Source of the DNA: an uncultured virus (IMG/VR IMGVR_UViG_3300010338_001863)
Lineage: Duplodnaviria > Heunggongvirae > Uroviricota > Caudoviricetes
Direction: 5' to 3' (one strand)
DNA length: 64,000 nucleotides
Virus record (IMG/VR): IMGVR_UViG_3300010338_001863
Position 1 is the first letter of the stretch; each line of letters opens with the position of its first letter. Below the pieces are notes generated by a model. It saw nothing but the letters and a program-made list of their open reading frames with translations, made no database searches and had not been told where the DNA came from. This document shows, one piece after another, positions 21,154-30,749 of this stretch. The position numbers were made by a program, and so were the translations under genes.

Positions 21154-24100
21154 TTGGTTCATTAAACAAGCAGATTTAAATTATAGGAAGCCTAAAATAT
21201 TAGAATTTTTAAAAGGGAAAGGTATCCCCGAAGAAAAGGCATCTGAAATGATAGATACATTTGGGAAAGCAGATCCTACAAAAGATACTACTGCTGAATA
21301 TATTAACTGGATAATTAGGATGGTTTTAACAAATAAAATGAAAGAAGAGGATATAGATAAGGTTAGGGAATATCTAGAAGTATTTTCTAAACTAAAGAAA
21401 TCAAACAAGTTAAAGGAATTAAAGGTTAGCAGTGATATCAATTCGTATAAAGATGTAGTAGATTTATATAAAATTGTAAAAGATTATTTAGGAGGTAAAC
21501 CAGTAACAAAACAGGAATCAGAGAGAAACACTTCTTATGGGTTAAATAAAATATATGATAAAAATGGGATAAAAGTATATAAAATAACAGAGCCGGGAGT
21601 AGCTTCTTATATAGCTAAGGATACTAATTGGTGTGTTAAATCACATGATACTGCAAAGTATTATCTTTCTTTTGGGCCTTTATATTTATTAGAAACTATT
21701 GGAGAAAGATATTTAATATCTGAGGGAACTGACCAATTTAAAAATGTAGATGATGAAGAGGTTGAAGAAGATTTTTTTAATGAAATGTTGCCAGTACTAA
21801 GTGAATTAAATATAATTTTAAGGCCTAATTATTTGATTGAAAATAATTTGGATGAGAAATACTATCCAGGCCAAAGAGAAGAAATAAAAAAATATGCTGA
21901 TATTAATAAGGCTTTATATGATAAAGAATATGAAAAAGCAAAAGGGATCATTGGTCAATTAAAAGATGAAAATAGAATAAAAAGTTATAAATCAATATTG
22001 CCAAATAAAATGATATACGATGGGGATATAGAAGGAGGGATAAAGCTTGCAAAAGAGTTTGGGTCTTTGGATGAACAAATGATTGTAAATGCACATAGAA
22101 CCCAAGTACTAAATGATGAGCCTTTAACATATCATATAAAACCCAAAAAAAGTTTAAGACTTGCAAAAGAAGATTTGTTGTATTTGGATAAAATGATTGA
22201 TTCTTATGCTGGTACAGAGATTAAAGATGGAGGATTTTTGGGATTGTTTGGTTCTAGATATCCTTCAAAAGAAGAATATTTAAAAGTTTTTGATGATTCT
22301 ATAGATAATTATGTTAATACAAATTCGCGAAATGAACTAGAAGATTTTATTGAAAAACACAAAGAGATAATAACCCCTGAAATTATGGATAAAGTTGTGG
22401 ATTGTTATATTAGAAAGGGATTCAATTTGTATTATTTAATCCGATATAACCCTGAATACTTTACTCCAGAAATTATGAATAAAATTGTGGATGGTTATAT
22501 TAGAAAGGGATTCAATTTGGATGATTTAATCCAACATAACCCTGAATACTTTACTCCAGAAATTATGAATAAAGTTGTGGATTATTATATTAGAGAGGGA
22601 TTCAATTTGAATTATTTAATCCAATATAACCCTGAATACTTTACTCCAGAAATTATGAATAAAGTTGTGGATTATTATATTAGAGAGGGATTCAATTTGG
22701 ATTATTTAATCCGATATAAACCTAAATACTTTACTCCAGAAATTATGAATAAAGTTGTGGATTATTATATTAAAAAATGGTTTTCTGTTTATAATTTAAT
22801 CCGATATGAACCTAAATGCTTTACCCCTGAAATTATGGATAAAGTTCTGGATTATTATATTAGAGAGGGATTCAATTTGGATGATTTAATCCAACATAAA
22901 CCTGAATACTTTACTCCAGAAATTATGAATAAAGTTGTGGATTATTATATTAGAAAGGGATTCAATTTGGATGATTTAATCCAACGTAAACCTGAATACT
23001 TTACTCCAGAAATTATGAATAAAGTTGTGGATTATTATATTAGAAAGGGATTCAAATTTGATTCTTTAATCCAACATAAACCTGAATATTTTACTCCAGA
23101 AATTATGAATAAAGTTGTGGATTATTATATTAGAGAGGGAATTAAATTGGATTCTTTAATCAAATATAAACCTGAATACTTTACCCCTGAAATTATGGAT
23201 AAAGTTCTGGATTATTATATTAGAGAGGGATTCAATTTGGATGATTTAATCCAACGTAAACCTGAATACTTTACTCCAGAAATTATGAATAAAGTTGTGG
23301 ATTATTATATTAAAACTGGATTTCATTTTAATTATTTGATTCCCTATAAACCTGAATACTTTACTCCAGAAATTATGAATAAAGTTGTGGATTATTATAT
23401 TAGAAAGGGATTTGAATTGGATTATTTAATCCGATATGAACCTAAATGCTTTACTCCAGAAATTATGAATAAAGTTGTGGATTATTATATTAGAAAGGGA
23501 TTTGAATTGGATTATTTAATCCGATATAACCCTAAATGCTTTACTCCAGAAATTATGAATAAAGTTGTGGATTATTATATTAGAGAGGGATTCAAATTTG
23601 ATTCTTTAATCCAACATAAACCTGAATATTTTACTCATGAAAATTTAGAAAATTTAATTCTTAAAAATATATTTAACACTAAATATTATAATGCTTTTAA
23701 AAGATTTGTAGATATAAAAAAAATAATATCCAAATTTATTAAAAATAATATCAACAATACTGATGGGATAAAAAAGGTTTTGAAATTGTATTCAATAAAT
23801 AAAGACATAGCAAGAGAAATTTTAAAAGAAAATAATATATATAGTGAAGATTTTTTGGATTCTTTATATAAAGAATCACTATTGAATCCTAAATGGTTTA
23901 TAGTTAAGACAGCAGAAAAAGTTTCATATATAGATTACGCTAAATTTGGAACAGTTAAGCTTATTGTAGATGATTTTGAGATAGACCTTGTCCCCCCAAG
24001 AAAAGAGGTATACCAAGACCAGGAATCAAGGAATCCCACTGTTTCTTATGGAACTCTACAAGACGATGCATTAAGAAGAGATTTCACTATAAATTCTATG

Positions 24101-26692
24101 TATTTAGACCTATCTTCTAATAGGATTATAGATCCGACTGGGAATGGGATAAATGACATTAAAAATAAAATAATAAGAACTACTGATGAAAATCCAGATA
24201 AAATATTTTCTGAAGATCCTTTAAGAATGCTTAGAGCTATTAGACAAGCTTATTCTTTTGGATTCTCTATACCTGATTATGTAAAAGAGTCAATTAAAAG
24301 AAATGCTTATAGACTTTCAATTTTAACTGAAGAAAGATTTAGAGATGAGTTTGTTAAAATATTGCAATTAAGAAATGCAAAACAGGCTATAAAAGATTTA
24401 AAAGAATTGGGATTATTGAATTATTTTTTACCAGAATTAGAACAGACATTCGGGGTATCGCATGATTCTCCATATCATAAAGAAACGATAGAAGAACATA
24501 TTTTAGACACTGTAGAAAAATATGGAGGGAATTTGGCAGATAAACTGGTTGCTTTATTCCATGATATAGGGAAGCCTGCAGCCAAAAAACTTGCCGATGG
24601 TATCGCTCATTTTTATGATCACGAGAAAATAAGCGCGGAATTAGCGGAAAAGATAATGAGGAAATTAAAATTCCCATCTGATTTAATAAAAGAGGTGTCT
24701 AATAGGATTAGACTTCATATGAGGCCACATCAATATTCTAAAGATTGGAACGATAAAACTATAAGGAAATTTATTAAAGATATGGGGGAATATTTGGATA
24801 AAGTAATAGAATTCGCAGAAATAGATACTAAATCTAGCCAAAGTGAAAAGACAGAAGAAAATCTAAGATTATTGAATGAATTTAAAGATAGGATTAACAA
24901 ACTTAAAAATGATGTTAATAAGGCAAGTCAGAAACTTTATAATGGTAATGAGTTGATGCAATTATTGAATTTAAAACCAGGGCCGGATCTTAAAAAAGTT
25001 ATTGAATATTTATCAGAATTGCAATTAGAAAATCCAAATATAACAAAAGATGAAGCTTTAGTAAAATTAAAAGAATTCGTTGGAAATGGGTTTATGCCAA
25101 AAGGGGAGCGTATGAAATGGTTTAAAAAAACATCTAATATTGATATTAAAAAAATGCTTTTTAAATTTATAAAAGACAATTTTGGAAGCATAGATAAAGC
25201 TTTATTAGAATTTAATGAATATAAAGAAAATGTTAACAAAAAGGCTATTGATAACAAAAAAATAATGATGTTAATTTATTTATTATCTCTTGTTTTTGGA
25301 GTTCCTCAAAAAGATATATTGGCTATGTCCTCAGATGAAATAAGAGCTAAAATGGAATCGATAACAAAAGAAATGAACAAATTTAGCGATGAAACTGAAA
25401 AGAAGTTTACAGCTAAAGAAATAAAATCCATGAAATTTGAAGATTTTGATAAATTATCTGTAGGTGAAGCATGTTCTATTGCGCAATTTATTTTGGATAC
25501 AAATTCTAGTGGATTTGAAATTAGTGATGGTAGTAAGATATATGGTGGATATAAAGAAATAAAAGAAGATTATTATGGGTCAAATATTGATTCAAATAGA
25601 AGGTATGAAGGTGATAAGGAAATAATAACATATAAAGGTATCGTGAATAAAAAAGTATTTAAATTAGAAGTTGTTCGTCAATCCGATAAAACTCTTAAAG
25701 AAATTAAATACGATAATAATAATATAGATGTAAATAATTTAACTTTTGAATCTTTTGAGGATATTTCTGAAGAAAAAATGAAGGAAATCATAGAAAAGTA
25801 TGGCCCTGGAACGCATAAATTAAAAGATAAAAGTGTAATGGAAATATCTAAACCAAGACCAACTACGGAGTATTTTAAGGGAGTAGAGGTTTTGTATAAT
25901 AATGGAGATAAAAGAATAATTATAGATTTTAAGATACGCCCAGGATTAGGACATAAGATAATAATAGACAAAAAAGGATCCATGAATAAGAAATCAAGCT
26001 TCCCCTCCAATCCTCTTAAAAAAGTAGGCGATACTGGTTTAACAGAAAAAGAAGTATGGGAATATTATGACAAAATGAAATATAAGATATTTCCATATCT
26101 TAAAGGACATAATGTCCTTTTAAAGATATTTACTGATGATGGGGTTATTATAAAAAGGAAGGATTCAGACGGAAAGTATCTTCAAATTAATACTATAGAA
26201 GATTATGATAGGTGGAATGGTGGAAGACAGGAATTTCATATAACGCTTAATTCTGAAGAATCAGATATTGCTTGGATAGACATAGACCCCAAAATTGATA
26301 AATCTGTAGATAAGAAAAAGATAAAAAACACCTGTAAGGAATTAATAAAAAAAATATTAAAAAATATATATAATTTGACAAAAGATGATAAATCTATATT
26401 TTCTCAATTATTAAATGTTCAGGTGTTCTATTCTGGCGGAAGAGGGTATCATATATTTTTAAAATTTAAACAAAAGATGGATATAAATAAAGTTAAAGAA
26501 ACTCTCAAAAAATGCTTTGAAAATAATATTATTCCTAATTTTGATAATGTTAAAATGGGAATAACTAAACCTGGAGAGATAAGATTGGATCTTACAACTC
26601 TTCATAATTTGGGTAGCATAAGAGTTCCATATAGTTACAATCTGTCTACTGGGAAGAGATCCAAGTTATTATTTAAAAAAAATATAGTTTAA
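21146..26692 (+). CDS. multidomain protein B: unknown N-domain + 14x30-aa repeats + CCA-adding enzyme body/HD domain + unknown domain + LigD-type AEP primase-polymerase
   Basis: GGAGG at 21133-21137 supports ATG 21146; FGT, RKE, DALRRDFTINSM, EDPLRMLRA, ERFRDE, LFHDIGKP, HEKISA, HMRPH; WIDIDP, SGGRGYH, RVPYS. Confidence 0.85.
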   Translation: MNNWFIKQADLNYRKPKILEFLKGKGIPEEKASEMIDTFGKADPTKDTTAEYINWIIRMVLTNKMKEEDIDKVREYLEVFSKLKKSNKLKELKVSSDINSYKDVVDLYKIVKDYLGGKPVTKQESERNTSYGLNKIYDKNGIKVYKITEPGVASYIAKDTNWCVKSHDTAKYYLSFGPLYLLETIGERYLISEGTDQFKNVDDEEVEEDFFNEMLPVLSELNIILRPNYLIENNLDEKYYPGQREEIKKYADINKALYDKEYEKAKGIIGQLKDENRIKSYKSILPNKMIYDGDIEGGIKLAKEFGSLDEQMIVNAHRTQVLNDEPLTYHIKPKKSLRLAKEDLLYLDKMIDSYAGTEIKDGGFLGLFGSRYPSKEEYLKVFDDSIDNYVNTNSRNELEDFIEKHKEIITPEIMDKVVDCYIRKGFNLYYLIRYNPEYFTPEIMNKIVDGYIRKGFNLDDLIQHNPEYFTPEIMNKVVDYYIREGFNLNYLIQYNPEYFTPEIMNKVVDYYIREGFNLDYLIRYKPKYFTPEIMNKVVDYYIKKWFSVYNLIRYEPKCFTPEIMDKVLDYYIREGFNLDDLIQHKPEYFTPEIMNKVVDYYIRKGFNLDDLIQRKPEYFTPEIMNKVVDYYIRKGFKFDSLIQHKPEYFTPEIMNKVVDYYIREGIKLDSLIKYKPEYFTPEIMDKVLDYYIREGFNLDDLIQRKPEYFTPEIMNKVVDYYIKTGFHFNYLIPYKPEYFTPEIMNKVVDYYIRKGFELDYLIRYEPKCFTPEIMNKVVDYYIRKGFELDYLIRYNPKCFTPEIMNKVVDYYIREGFKFDSLIQHKPEYFTHENLENLILKNIFNTKYYNAFKRFVDIKKIISKFIKNNINNTDGIKKVLKLYSINKDIAREILKENNIYSEDFLDSLYKESLLNPKWFIVKTAEKVSYIDYAKFGTVKLIVDDFEIDLVPPRKEVYQDQESRNPTVSYGTLQDDALRRDFTINSMYLDLSSNRIIDPTGNGINDIKNKIIRTTDENPDKIFSEDPLRMLRAIRQAYSFGFSIPDYVKESIKRNAYRLSILTEERFRDEFVKILQLRNAKQAIKDLKELGLLNYFLPELEQTFGVSHDSPYHKETIEEHILDTVEKYGGNLADKLVALFHDIGKPAAKKLADGIAHFYDHEKISAELAEKIMRKLKFPSDLIKEVSNRIRLHMRPHQYSKDWNDKTIRKFIKDMGEYLDKVIEFAEIDTKSSQSEKTEENLRLLNEFKDRINKLKNDVNKASQKLYNGNELMQLLNLKPGPDLKKVIEYLSELQLENPNITKDEALVKLKEFVGNGFMPKGERMKWFKKTSNIDIKKMLFKFIKDNFGSIDKALLEFNEYKENVNKKAIDNKKIMMLIYLLSLVFGVPQKDILAMSSDEIRAKMESITKEMNKFSDETEKKFTAKEIKSMKFEDFDKLSVGEACSIAQFILDTNSSGFEISDGSKIYGGYKEIKEDYYGSNIDSNRRYEGDKEIITYKGIVNKKVFKLEVVRQSDKTLKEIKYDNNNIDVNNLTFESFEDISEEKMKEIIEKYGPGTHKLKDKSVMEISKPRPTTEYFKGVEVLYNNGDKRIIIDFKIRPGLGHKIIIDKKGSMNKKSSFPSNPLKKVGDTGLTEKEVWEYYDKMKYKIFPYLKGHNVLLKIFTDDGVIIKRKDSDGKYLQINTIEDYDRWNGGRQEFHITLNSEESDIAWIDIDPKIDKSVDKKKIKNTCKELIKKILKNIYNLTKDDKSIFSQLLNVQVFYSGGRGYHIFLKFKQKMDINKVKETLKKCFENNIIPNFDNVKMGITKPGEIRLDLTTLHNLGSIRVPYSYNLSTGKRSKLLFKKNIV
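22370..23629 (+). repeat. 14 tandem 90-bp coding repeats (30-aa unit FTPEIMNKVVDYYIRxGFxxxxLIxxxPxY)
   Basis: AATTATG(A/G)ATAAA recurs every 90 bp from 22381 to 23551. Confidence 0.95.
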
Positions 26693-26709
26693 TGTAAGGA
26701 GATTTATTT

Positions 26710-28593
26710 ATGAAGAATCCTAATAAATGGCACATAGAATATTGGAAGAAAAATAAAACTAATGATGTTTTAGAACCTTTTGTCGTTGTTGATGAAGATG
26801 GGAATAAAGTTGAATCTTTTGAGGAAAAAAATGGAGCAAAGGATTATATAGAAAGAAAGAAAAAAGAATATACTGAGTATTTGGAATACTTATCAATTAA
26901 AGAAATGGAAGAAGAGAGGGAAATTGATGCTTATGATGAGAACGAGGAAATAACTACAAAATCTTCTTTTAATGTGATATCGTATATAGTTTATATTAAA
27001 AATCACAAAAATAGCGAAGGAGAATTGGCTCCTTGGGTTATCAAATCCCATGAAGATGGGCATATAATTTCAAGTCATAAAACAAGAGCAGAAGCTAAAA
27101 AACATCTTAAAAGAATGCAATATTTTAAGCACAAAAAAGCTTTAATGGGTGATTTCGGGGTAAATATAAAAGATATAAATAACTTAGATTTGCAAGCTAT
27201 TAGAAAATCAATAATAGCCGAATATGATGCCGTAAATTTATATGAACAATTAGCTGAAAAAGTATCTGATGAACTAAAAGAAGTTTTTCTTGATATAGCT
27301 AATGAAGAGAAGGTTCATATAAAAGAATTTGAATATTTATTAAAAGAATTAGATCCAGAGCAGAATACCTCTGAAATAGAAGCTATTAAAGAAGTAAATA
27401 CTATTAAATCTGAAGCATCAAATAGAAAGCCATTAAAAGAAAGTATTGATTATGGAGAATTTAAGTTTGATCCTAATTCTACAAAAAACGAGGGCAGGTT
27501 TAGATTAAGAGACCCGAAAGAATTCAAAAAAGATACATTTAAAAGATGGACTTCTTGGGCCGGGATAGAGGCCCCAGAAGGAGTTTCTTTTATAGTTGGA
27601 GAATTAAAAAATGGCAAAAAGGCTTTGCAGGCTATTAGGTTTAATTTAGAGATGTGGGATGAAAATAAGGCTAAAGCTCTTTGGGATGACCTAAAGGATG
27701 AACCTGGGTTCCAAAAATATTGGGAATGGCCAAAAGAAAAAGTAGCTATAAGCTTTTATTGTCCGATGTTTAAAATAGCTAATTCTTATAATGAAAAGGT
27801 TGATATCATATATATGGATGATATCCCAGAAAGCTTTGAATATAAAGATATAGGCAAATATGTTATAGTTAATATGGATAAGTTTAATACTAAAGAAGCT
27901 ATATCAAAAAATGCCTCTTATATCAACCAATTCCTTGATTGGCTTAATTCTAACCTTGGGGATAGATTTATAGGGGTTATAAGTAAAATATCGTCTGTAA
28001 GCGATTTGGAGGCCCATATAAACAATATTAAAAAATATACTTTGTTTGATATAGAAAACCAGGACCTCTATACGCCAGAGGTATTAGAAAAGATAGAGGC
28101 TTCCAATAATTCTATTTTAAAGAAAGAATTAGATCATGGGGCTGTCCCTGGTAGGGTAGAATATGTGGATTTTGAGGTAAAAGACAAGAAAGATATAGAA
28201 AATTTGAAAGCTTATCTTGATACGATTGAACAAAGCGAGCCAAAGAATAAAGTAATAAATATAGAATACAGAGGTGTGGATAAGTCTATTTTAAATGATT
28301 TAAACAATATAATGAAGGATTATATTAATACTAATTATTATTCATTTAATAAAATGTATGGGCCTTCTCAGCCTACTGAAACTCCTATTAATGGAGATAA
28401 GCCCAGTACTCAAGAAATGGATGATTTTGAGGATTATAGGGATAATACTCCTAGGGAAGCTTTTGGGGAAGATTATATTACTACATTTTATCCTACAAGA
28501 CAGGATTACACAAATAGCGGTAAAACGGATGTAGATAGTGTGGTAGATAAATCAACTGATTATTCTTATTATAAAGAAGAAGATAGATTCTAA
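26710..28593 (+). CDS. multidomain protein C with ferritin-like (rubrerythrin/encapsulin-cargo type) domain
   Basis: AIRKSIIAEYDAVNLYEQ...DIANEEKVHIKEF (ExxAxxxY / EExxH); also HKTRAEAKKHLKRMQYFKH and NEGRFRLRDP..QAIRF modules resembling those of phage head-associated proteins. Confidence 0.7.
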   Translation: MKNPNKWHIEYWKKNKTNDVLEPFVVVDEDGNKVESFEEKNGAKDYIERKKKEYTEYLEYLSIKEMEEEREIDAYDENEEITTKSSFNVISYIVYIKNHKNSEGELAPWVIKSHEDGHIISSHKTRAEAKKHLKRMQYFKHKKALMGDFGVNIKDINNLDLQAIRKSIIAEYDAVNLYEQLAEKVSDELKEVFLDIANEEKVHIKEFEYLLKELDPEQNTSEIEAIKEVNTIKSEASNRKPLKESIDYGEFKFDPNSTKNEGRFRLRDPKEFKKDTFKRWTSWAGIEAPEGVSFIVGELKNGKKALQAIRFNLEMWDENKAKALWDDLKDEPGFQKYWEWPKEKVAISFYCPMFKIANSYNEKVDIIYMDDIPESFEYKDIGKYVIVNMDKFNTKEAISKNASYINQFLDWLNSNLGDRFIGVISKISSVSDLEAHINNIKKYTLFDIENQDLYTPEVLEKIEASNNSILKKELDHGAVPGRVEYVDFEVKDKKDIENLKAYLDTIEQSEPKNKVINIEYRGVDKSILNDLNNIMKDYINTNYYSFNKMYGPSQPTETPINGDKPSTQEMDDFEDYRDNTPREAFGEDYITTFYPTRQDYTNSGKTDVDSVVDKSTDYSYYKEEDRF

Positions 28594-28638
28594 ATCCAAT
28601 ACACGAACCGAATTGATTTTTAATATATTGGAGGGATA

Positions 28639-29235
28639 ATGATAGATTACGTTAATATCTCTGGCAATTCGGTTTTTGTAAACTTTGCCTTATGTAATAT
28701 TTTTTGTAGGAATTGCTATAAAAGATATATATTTGTTAATACAGATGTAAAGAATGTATTAAATTTAATTAAAGACAAAAAAATAAAAAACGTACATTTT
28801 TGTGGTGGGGAACCATTAATAAATTCGGAGTTTATGGATTTATTAAATGATACGTATTGCTATTATGATGTATATGTAACAACTAATGGTATGGATTTGG
28901 ATAAAATTAAAAGCGTAATATCTGTTTATCCAGATATAAATTGGATAATAAAAATTAAAGTTATAGATAAAAATATGCATGAAAAAATTGGGTATAGTAT
29001 CTCCAAATTAAATAAAACAATAGAATATTTTAACCTTAATAACATTGATTTCAGTTGTTATTTAGATCTTGAATATTCTGTATTAATTGACGAGTTGTAT
29101 GATTATGATTTTGTCTTAAATTCTTGTCAAAAGATGTATGTACGATCTAATTCGTTATGCAATATTTTGAAACAAAAGAAAATCGAAGTTATACGTTTAG
29201 ATGATAATCAAGATGACATCCATCACATATATTGA
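28639..29235 (+). CDS. radical SAM protein (NrdG/PflA activase-like)
   Basis: CNIFCRNC (CxxxCxxC), GGEP and TNG motifs. Confidence 0.8.
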   Translation: MIDYVNISGNSVFVNFALCNIFCRNCYKRYIFVNTDVKNVLNLIKDKKIKNVHFCGGEPLINSEFMDLLNDTYCYYDVYVTTNGMDLDKIKSVISVYPDINWIIKIKVIDKNMHEKIGYSISKLNKTIEYFNLNNIDFSCYLDLEYSVLIDELYDYDFVLNSCQKMYVRSNSLCNILKQKKIEVIRLDDNQDDIHHIY

Positions 29236-29497
29236 TTTTTTTGCATTTACCATTATTGTCGTAAAACATATGCTTTCTTATTTTTACTCTAAATTGAATA
29301 ATCGTATTTAATTTAGTTGTAATTTTAAGTGTATAAAAATCCCCCTTACTTCTTCCACAAATCTCGCATTTAGCATTTTTTAATTCTTTACTGTCATCTT
29401 CCTTGGTTTCTTTTTTTAATTCTCTTAATAAATTACTTATAAATTTTGTTGGGATGTATCTATTGTTTATTTTCATTTTTATTAAAATACCTCTCAA
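29189..29497 (-). CDS. small zinc-finger protein
   Basis: CEICG ... ICDGCH; first gene of the convergent minus-strand block; start uncertain. Confidence 0.55.
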   Translation of the reverse strand: MRGILIKMKINNRYIPTKFISNLLRELKKETKEDDSKELKNAKCEICGRSKGDFYTLKITTKLNTIIQFRVKIRKHMFYDNNGKCKKINICDGCHLDYHLNV

Positions 29498-29852
29498 ATA
29501 TTTCTTTATAATCAGTTTCGTTTATAATTTTCATTATATTTTGTGTCGCAAGTTTAAGATTCATAAAGTTGCCTTGTAGAGTTTTATCTGATCCAATAAA
29601 TTTCTTTTCCCCTTTGTCTATAGCCCAATATTTTATAAATATTTTCCTTTGTTCTTCAGGCAAATGTTTGTCCGCTAATTTTATTATAAATATAAATAAC
29701 TTTAATATTTTGGTATTGTATATCTTTTTTTCTTCTTCAGAATAACTATGTTCCGAATTTTTAAACAATAGATATTCTAAATAATTATCGTCGACAGCTA
29801 TTATTTTTCTATGTAATTTATGGGCGCAACTCTTTATTTTCCTGTATCTCAT
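29460..29852 (-). CDS. hypothetical protein
   Basis: 130-aa ORF, coupled overlaps. Confidence 0.55.
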   Translation of the reverse strand: MRYRKIKSCAHKLHRKIIAVDDNYLEYLLFKNSEHSYSEEEKKIYNTKILKLFIFIIKLADKHLPEEQRKIFIKYWAIDKGEKKFIGSDKTLQGNFMNLKLATQNIMKIINETDYKEIFERYFNKNENKQ

Positions 29853-30124
29853 ATGACCTGGTCAAGTATTAACAAATATATATCTCTAAGTGTATAATTA
29901 TAAGAGCAAAAAGGACAAAGCAAATTCCCTTCTTTATTTATAAATTTATGTTTTTTATCAAAAGCTTTAATGTTTTCTTTTTTTACTTCAGATTCCCAGT
30001 CGAAACTCATCTCTCCCCATTTTTGTTTACAGTGAGGGCAAATTAGTGTTATTTTGTTTTGCAATTTCTTTAAGTTTTTGGAATTCTTCTTTGAGGTTGA
30101 TTTTTCTTTCTTTGTGCTTTTCAT
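29849..30124 (-). CDS. small zinc-ribbon protein
   Basis: CPHC and CPFC pairs; AGGAGG RBS. Confidence 0.6.
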   Translation of the reverse strand: MKSTKKEKSTSKKNSKNLKKLQNKITLICPHCKQKWGEMSFDWESEVKKENIKAFDKKHKFINKEGNLLCPFCSYNYTLRDIYLLILDQVI

Positions 30125-30749
30125 AATCTTCTATCCTCCTAAATAGTTTATATTTCGATAAATATTTATCAAAAACTTTTTCTATTATTAAATTGTCTAG
30201 ATTATCTCCGACATCTTTTCTTATTTGGTATATTATAGCTTCCCCAAGTTTGGTAAGTTTATAGCCATCAGAATTGGAAGTTATTATTTTATATTCCTTT
30301 AATGTCTTTATGGCAGATTTTATTATTTTGATTGATATGTTTATCTTTATATCTTTTAGGAGTATTATTTTGTTTTTATTTAAAAATAAGTTTGATATAT
30401 ATAGTAATATAATGATATCTAACCCATCTAATGGCACTTGAATGTAGTTCCCATTTATTTTAAATTTAAATATATTTGCTACAGAAAAAGCGCATATTGG
30501 GCATGGGAATACATATCCGTTTTTTATCGCCAAATCCTTTGTTTCAAACTGTTCTATTTCGTATATTGGGAAGTCTAATTCTTTTATTTCTTTATTTTTT
30601 TTTATTATTGATAAATATTTTTTAAATATTTTACATTTTGGAGTTGTATGATAAAATCTTATGGGTCTATATATTCCATAAAATAAAACGTCATTTTCAT
30701 TATTTATTTCAGAATCGATCATATCTATTTTAATTTTTTCTAAAGACAT
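30027..30749 (-). CDS. zinc-ribbon + winged-helix protein
   Basis: H..PKC / PCPICA, then IKSAIKTLKEYKII...GYKLTKLG wHTH-like motif. Confidence 0.5.
   Translation of the reverse strand: MSLEKIKIDMIDSEINNENDVLFYGIYRPIRFYHTTPKCKIFKKYLSIIKKNKEIKELDFPIYEIEQFETKDLAIKNGYVFPCPICAFSVANIFKFKINGNYIQVPLDGLDIIILLYISNLFLNKNKIILLKDIKINISIKIIKSAIKTLKEYKIITSNSDGYKLTKLGEAIIYQIRKDVGDNLDNLIIEKVFDKYLSKYKLFRRIEDYEKHKERKINLKEEFQKLKEIAKQNNTNLPSL

Noticed and set aside
22370..23629. Diversity-generating retroelement TR/VR pair
   Set aside because: No reverse transcriptase in the window, and the variation is not adenine-specific
21150..23930. Intein or self-splicing intron interrupting the CCA enzyme
   Set aside because: There is a stop codon and a new RBS/ATG; no intein terminal residues, homing nuclease or intron-like non-coding structure are seen
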